The notes under the pieces were generated by a model that saw nothing but the letters and a program-made list of their open reading frames with translations, was not told where the DNA came from and made no database searches. This document shows, piece by piece, positions 59,311 through 64,000 of a DNA stretch of 64,000 nucleotides (position 1 is the stretch's first letter; every line of letters begins with the position of its first letter). The stretch comes from Candidatus Bathyarchaeota archaeon (GTDB taxonomy: Archaea > Thermoproteota > Bathyarchaeia > Bathyarchaeales > Bathycorpusculaceae), in NCBI GenBank assembly GCA_963767735.1, contig CAVYES010000006.1:480001-544000 (forward strand). Reading direction: 5' to 3'. Made by a program: the position numbers and the translations under genes.

Positions 59311-59850
59311 TTATGTTTTAACTGGCTCAGGATATTTGTATTCGTATTCATCTTTTTTCCGTTGGCTCTTGGGCTTTCGGAATGCTCCTAGAATTGCAAG
59401 AATAATTCCAATAATGATGAAGACTGCGCCTGCAAGCGTTAGCAACCCTAATGCAGCTGTTGTTCCAAGTGACCCACTAGTAATCGCTAATCTTGTGTTT
59501 GGTTGAGTAGAGGAAAAGATCACGTAGTAATAATTGCCTGTGATTGAAGTGTAGGCTTCGGTTCCTGCAACAGATGTGGTACTTGATAGAGCATAAGAGC
59601 TGATATTATTCGAATTAACTAAAGTTATGTCTTGAGCAGGAACTAACCCCCCGACACTCGGAGGAGATCTTACAATGATCGATGAAGATGAGTTCAAAAG
59701 AATCTCGCTAGACACGTATTCGCCCGGATTAGATTGATTAAAAACTTTTATTGTACTTGTGGATCCTCGAAGACCAATCACTCCGGACGCAAAAAGTGCA
59801 ATTCCTATGATTAATAAAACTACACCTATCGTTACCATGCGCTTTCTCAT
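59311..59850 (-). CDS. Membrane protein with two TM helices flanking an extracellular domain
   Basis: Hydrophobic N- and C-terminal helices, Ser-rich loop. Confidence 0.7.
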   Translation of the reverse strand: MRKRMVTIGVVLLIIGIALFASGVIGLRGSTSTIKVFNQSNPGEYVSSEILLNSSSSIIVRSPPSVGGLVPAQDITLVNSNNISSYALSSTTSVAGTEAYTSITGNYYYVIFSSTQPNTRLAITSGSLGTTAALGLLTLAGAVFIIIGIILAILGAFRKPKSQRKKDEYEYKYPEPVKT

Positions 59851-60217
59851 ATTTCATGCCTTAGCTTACTCTTTCAGGCAAATTATTTAAACGTGCTGAG
59901 CGCCGTGGTGCTTTCGCTCTTTTAACGCAAAGTCAATAACAAAAATAATTGACAAAATTGCCCCCCAATGATTAGTCCTACCAAATATAGGTTACTAGGC
60001 TGCTGCTTAAACGATTGAAATGCCTGAATTTACTAACCAAAGCAATAACAATTCCGGTAAGAAGAAGAATAATGCCAATTCTGCCAACAATCGTTCCATA
60101 CCTCAAATTTTTCACCTACTGGATACCCATTTGGCGCTAGGTATTTAAATAAAATTGAAGAAAGCGGGACAAAACGTCGCGCATGGATTAGACGGTTGCA
60201 GCATCGAGGTGAAAGGA

Positions 60218-60274
60218 ATGAGTATTTCTGTTCAGGTTAATTTGTCAAATTTTGATATGCTTAGCCGCTGCTAA
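60218..60274 (+). pseudogene. 5' fragment of a second HK97 gp10-like gene
   Basis: GAGGTGA RBS; MSISVQVNLSNFDMLSRC aligns with MSVQISVNLTNFDVLSRC at 61338. Confidence 0.65.
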
Positions 60275-60346
60275 ATGTCAAAAATAAAAACACCCGATGA
60301 AAAACTGAAGTACAAAAACCTAAAGAGCAGCTAGACCCTCAGTGGC

Positions 60347-61087
60347 CTAACCAATTACCATTCTGTGCATGAACGTGCCGAGCCATGAGCAGTATAAGAC
60401 TTGCCCAGTTTGACCGTTGACAGTTGTCATTCCATAGTAGTTGGTTCCTTCGAGCACTTGCATCATGTAGTATCCGTAGAACGTTGTCACTTGTCCGACT
60501 GTGGTTCCTGGGTAGTTGGTGTTTAGGTATTGTTGTGCCGTAGTTTTAGCTTGATCCATTGTAACTGACATCGCTGTGGTTGGTGTTCCTCTAAGCCAGG
60601 TCATCATACCGCCTGAGCCCATCATGCCGCCAGTTGTTGTTCCCGTTTCCAAATAGGCCATCACGCCGGTGCTGCTTGAGATTCCGTATTTGGTGTTCCA
60701 TTCCATCATTGCGCCTTGTTCGGCTGTGACTGCTCCTGTAAAGTTGTTTATGGTTAGCTCGAATGCGCCTGCGCCCGTGTTTGTCTCTACGACTAGTGCG
60801 TAGAAGCAATTTGAGTATTGGTCAACTTCTGCGACTGAAAGATTTGAGTTGCCTAGTTGTGTCACATAGTTTTGGGCGATAGTTGTTGCATTATCGATTG
60901 TTATTGCAGTTGTGGTTGTTGATGGTGCTGTAGGAGTGGCTTGGGTTCCAATTCCTGCGGTTGAAGGTGGCGTTGCGTTCGAGTTTGTGGTCATGGGTAT
61001 GAATAGGAATACGAATGCTGAGGCGGTTACTAACGCTGCTGCGATTACCGCGACGGTTAAAATGATTACTATTTTCTTTGTGTTCAT
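60347..61087 (-). CDS. Membrane-anchored PepSY-like protein with Gly/Met-rich linker
   Basis: AFEL.IN..TG, WNTKYG, GGMMGSGGMM, FYGYY, VNGQTG. Confidence 0.7.
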   Translation of the reverse strand: MNTKKIVIILTVAVIAAALVTASAFVFLFIPMTTNSNATPPSTAGIGTQATPTAPSTTTTAITIDNATTIAQNYVTQLGNSNLSVAEVDQYSNCFYALVVETNTGAGAFELTINNFTGAVTAEQGAMMEWNTKYGISSSTGVMAYLETGTTTGGMMGSGGMMTWLRGTPTTAMSVTMDQAKTTAQQYLNTNYPGTTVGQVTTFYGYYMMQVLEGTNYYGMTTVNGQTGQVLYCSWLGTFMHRMVIG

Positions 61088-61337
61088 TTTTTACTTCTCC
61101 TTGATGTTTACTTAAAGGGCTTTGAGTGATTTGATAGTTGGCTGAAACGGTTGTGAAACAGTTTTGAAAAGTGATGGCTACGTCTGCCCTTAAAGTTGGG
61201 GTATATCTATTTGCGACATACCTAATATGACACGCGTCATAACGCGTTTATAGGCGTTTTCACGCCAAAAACCAAATCCCATGGAAAACAACCCGAAATT
61301 CGTTAAAGTATTACTTCCACCTTGAGGACGGATTTAG

Positions 61338-61686
61338 TTGAGCGTTCAAATTTCAGTTAACTTGACAAATTTCGATGTGCTGAGCAGATGCTTTGATTGT
61401 CTTTGTGAGCAGTACCCGGAGGCGGTGGGGCAAGCTATGAGGAATGTTGCCCAGAATATTTTGGCGACTGCAAACATTTTGGTTCCGGTGCGGACGGGTT
61501 ATTTTAAAAAGTACCTTAACGGCAGAGCAGCTTCTAAGTCATTTTCAAATTAAACTGAAGGCTACGGCGCCATACGCATATTATGTTGAGTTTGGCACCC
61601 GGAAGATGTCAGCGAAACTTTTCCTTACTAACTCGGTTAATCAGCATCTTGGCGATTTCGCGCCGGAAATTGAGCAGCAAATCTAA
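61338..61686 (+). pseudogene. HK97 gp10-like viral morphogenesis protein, frameshift near 61507
   Basis: A..LVPVRTG.LK.., APYAYYVEFGTRKMSAKLFL. Confidence 0.8.
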
Positions 61687-61919
61687 GATTTGTTACTGGG
61701 CTACAATAGAAAATAAGTAAAATCTTGCGTTCAAAATTCTCAAGAGGGCAGAGGGAGATTCTGAGAAGGGTTCTGTTTGTTACATCCAATTCATCCAAGA
61801 GAAAACAACCAAGTTTGCTTGTCATTGTCAGATGACAGGAGTGTGATATTTATTCCTTTTTTCCAGTTTGGTTACTCAGGATCAACGAGGAGATATTAAG
61901 ATCGCTGCATTACAAAAAA

Positions 61920-62930
61920 GTGGTGAAGAAATATATGACCAAAGACAAAGCGATGCGCGCTGTAGTTATAGATCGCTTCGGCGGTCCTGAAGTCATGTCA
62001 GTAAGGAACGTTTCCGTCCCCGAACCTGAGCCAGATCAGATTTTAGTCCAGGTTGAATCAGCGGGGGTTGCAATATGGGATGCCACTGAAAGAGAGGGTC
62101 TTCTTGCAAAGAGATCAGGAGTTCAACCCAAGTTCCCATGGATACTAGGTTCAGAGGGCGCCGGTAAGATCGTGGCTGTCGGAGACAAAGTTAGCGAGTT
62201 TCGGAATGGCGATCTAGTTTACGGAGGCGTATGGACGACAAATCCAAAGGCAGGATTTTACGCTGACTACACCGCCCTAAACGCCGAGAAGGCATGGCCA
62301 ATTCCATCTACGGTAACGACAAAGCAGGCAGGAACCTTGCTGATCGCCGGAGCAACCGCACTAACAGGGTTAGACACGCTCGGTCTGAAGCAAGACGAAA
62401 AACTTATGATCTTTGGCGCCAGCGGTGGTCTGGGGCATTTAGCAATACAACTTGCTAAACGACTCGGGGCACAGGTGTTTGCAGTAGCGTCAGGGGAAGA
62501 CGGAGTGGAGCTTGCCTTAAGGTTGGGAGCCAATACTGCGGTGGATGGACATCATGATGAGATAGCTGCTTCAGCCCGCGAGTTTGCCCCGACTGGTTTT
62601 GATGCAGCACTGCTAACAGTTTCTGGAACGAACCCTGAAGCTTTCAAGGCATCCGAAAATGCATTGACTGCTATGCGCGAAGGAGGACGAGTCGCGTACC
62701 CGTGGATAAGTAGCATCATGTCGGCTCCCAGGGCACCTTCTAACGTTCGCCTACTTGGCTATATGGGCAACACAGGCCGAGATTTTGTGAAGAAGCTCAA
62801 CAAACTAGTCGAAGCCGGTGCGTTCGAAGTGCATCTTGACAAGACCTTCAAGCTTGATCAGGTGGTGGACGCATTCGAATCTTTAAACTCACATCATCTA
62901 GGCAAGTTAGCTCTGCTTCCGAATACTTAA
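61920..62930 (+). CDS. NADP-dependent quinone oxidoreductase-like (MDR family)
   Basis: MRAVVIDRFGGPEV, GSEGAG, GASGGLG; no Zn-binding Cys cluster. Confidence 0.9.
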   Translation: MVKKYMTKDKAMRAVVIDRFGGPEVMSVRNVSVPEPEPDQILVQVESAGVAIWDATEREGLLAKRSGVQPKFPWILGSEGAGKIVAVGDKVSEFRNGDLVYGGVWTTNPKAGFYADYTALNAEKAWPIPSTVTTKQAGTLLIAGATALTGLDTLGLKQDEKLMIFGASGGLGHLAIQLAKRLGAQVFAVASGEDGVELALRLGANTAVDGHHDEIAASAREFAPTGFDAALLTVSGTNPEAFKASENALTAMREGGRVAYPWISSIMSAPRAPSNVRLLGYMGNTGRDFVKKLNKLVEAGAFEVHLDKTFKLDQVVDAFESLNSHHLGKLALLPNT

Positions 62931-62938
62931 AGTGTTGA

Positions 62939-63305
62939 AGCACAGCAATCGGTTTCCTCACTGACTCCACCATGGATGTCAAAGCGGAAATGATTAAGGA
63001 ATACGTTTGCTCCTCAGGCGGATCGCCATCGCCAGCTTTCACCGCAAGCGGCAACCAATCCTATACGTTCAAAGCCTCAGCGCTCTACGTTCCAGCAAAC
63101 TATGCAGCATTACTTACCGATGTTCTCAATGGCTCATTGGTGATGGTTATTTGGGGTCATAGGGCACCACTACAGGTTCGGGACTCCAAAAATCACTTTG
63201 AGCAACGTTGTCTTGACGGCCTTTAGCGTGAAGAACGGGCAGAAAGGCACAATTGCGAACGATATTAGCGGTGAAGTGCAGTCTGTGGCCACAAGCACTT
63301 TCTAG
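62939..63305 (+). pseudogene. Probable viral tail-tube protein, 5'-truncated, frameshift near 63157
   Basis: ...TASGNQSYTFKASALY..., then GTTTGSGTPKITLSNVVLT..NDISGE in shifted frame. Confidence 0.55.
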
Positions 63306-63657
63306 TGCTTTTTACGTTCTTTTCTTTGTTTTTCCAAGTTTCTTAGCCAAAATTAACAATTAGCACGCGTCAGCTTGTTGTTAAATCGATTTCTTTATGT
63401 TAATTTCTGCTTTATCTTGCAAGCATGGTGATGCATCTGGTTTTTTTTGGGACTGTTCAGCATTAAGCTATCTCTGCCGTCAGAAGCATGGCGATCATGC
63501 AGACAGCGCGTGTATTGAGATGTCTCCGAGGCCACACACTTCTTAATCTTGGTTTTTAACATTAGTACGGAGACAATTTTTCAGTAATTTTGGGAAAAGA
63601 TGCCCTGAATCGCAGGTCAAAGTGGTAAGTGAGGCGCAAACCGTTTCTTCATGAGTG

Positions 63658-63831
63658 CTAGTTAAGTTGGATTTTTCCGGTTATTCTCTTCTTTGCAATG
63701 ATAACCACGGACAAGACTATGATCATAGAGACAACTAGCGTAATTATTGACAATTGGGCTGGAAATTCTGGAAATTGCGTTACAGGGGCGAAAGCATGGT
63801 AAAGTGTGCAATATAGGTGTGCAATAAGCAC
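63658..63831 (-). pseudogene. Orphan PEF-CTERM-type sorting tail
   Basis: QFPEFPAQLSIITLVVSMIIVLSVVIIAKKR with no upstream passenger domain. Confidence 0.55.
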
Positions 63832-63985
63832 GGTGAAGTGTGCATTAACCGTTTAACTCTAATTTCATGGTATTCCTTACGGTATTCCACAGCATGGACT
63901 TATGGTATTCCATGCGCACTTTTTGGAATACCGTGAAACTTTAATCGGTTTCAGTGGTTTTCAGTGCTTTTTCGGTTTCGGGTTG
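63798..63985. repeat. Cluster of three short iteron-like repeat sets
   Basis: GTGTGCA x3; GGTATTCC at 63869, 63881, 63904 plus inverted GGAATACC at 63925; GGTTT(T)C x3. Confidence 0.6.
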
Positions 63986-64000
63986 TTAAATCGCTGTGCA

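Noticed and set aside
8290-63160. About nine frameshifts (GT87, transposase x2, ABC permease and ATPase, kinase, three viral genes) as programmed frameshifting or phase variation
   Set aside because: Mostly 1-2 bp indels in short runs with no shared slippery motif, in unrelated genes; assembly error or decay is simpler. Needs read-level checking.

Overview
Archaeal chromosomal DNA, most likely Bathyarchaeia (inferred from gene content; no search run). 1-7.7 kb is core: gltX (partial), srp19, rps8e, a VapBC pair, and smc-scpA-scpB. The rest is accessory: (i) an IS with GCGCGC-capped ends plus shorter derivatives, and an ABC-2 exporter; (ii) an inactive-RadA / small helical protein / PolB2 operon preceded by an exact TTTCACTTTCA box, with an ATPase cassette bounded by 38-bp direct repeats at the polB2 3' end; (iii) an ~16 kb type IV pilus locus (KaiC-like protein, pilins, ATPase, two TadC, degenerate HerA, a 1576-aa pilin-adhesin, two wHTH regulators) whose promoters share a TGGA-N7-TCCA site; (iv) hcp and a His-less corrinoid-fold protein between repeat elements; (v) two REC-PAS-kinase paralogs around an operon ending in a degenerate receiver/TFB-like fusion, with ~143-bp MITE-like repeats; (vi) an RHH gene and a TFB paralog; (vii) decayed tailed-virus tail genes interleaved with cargo. 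About nine 1-2 bp frameshifts suggest assembly indels, so pseudogene calls are tentative. No rRNA, intact tRNA or CRISPR array seen. All family calls are by motif recognition.
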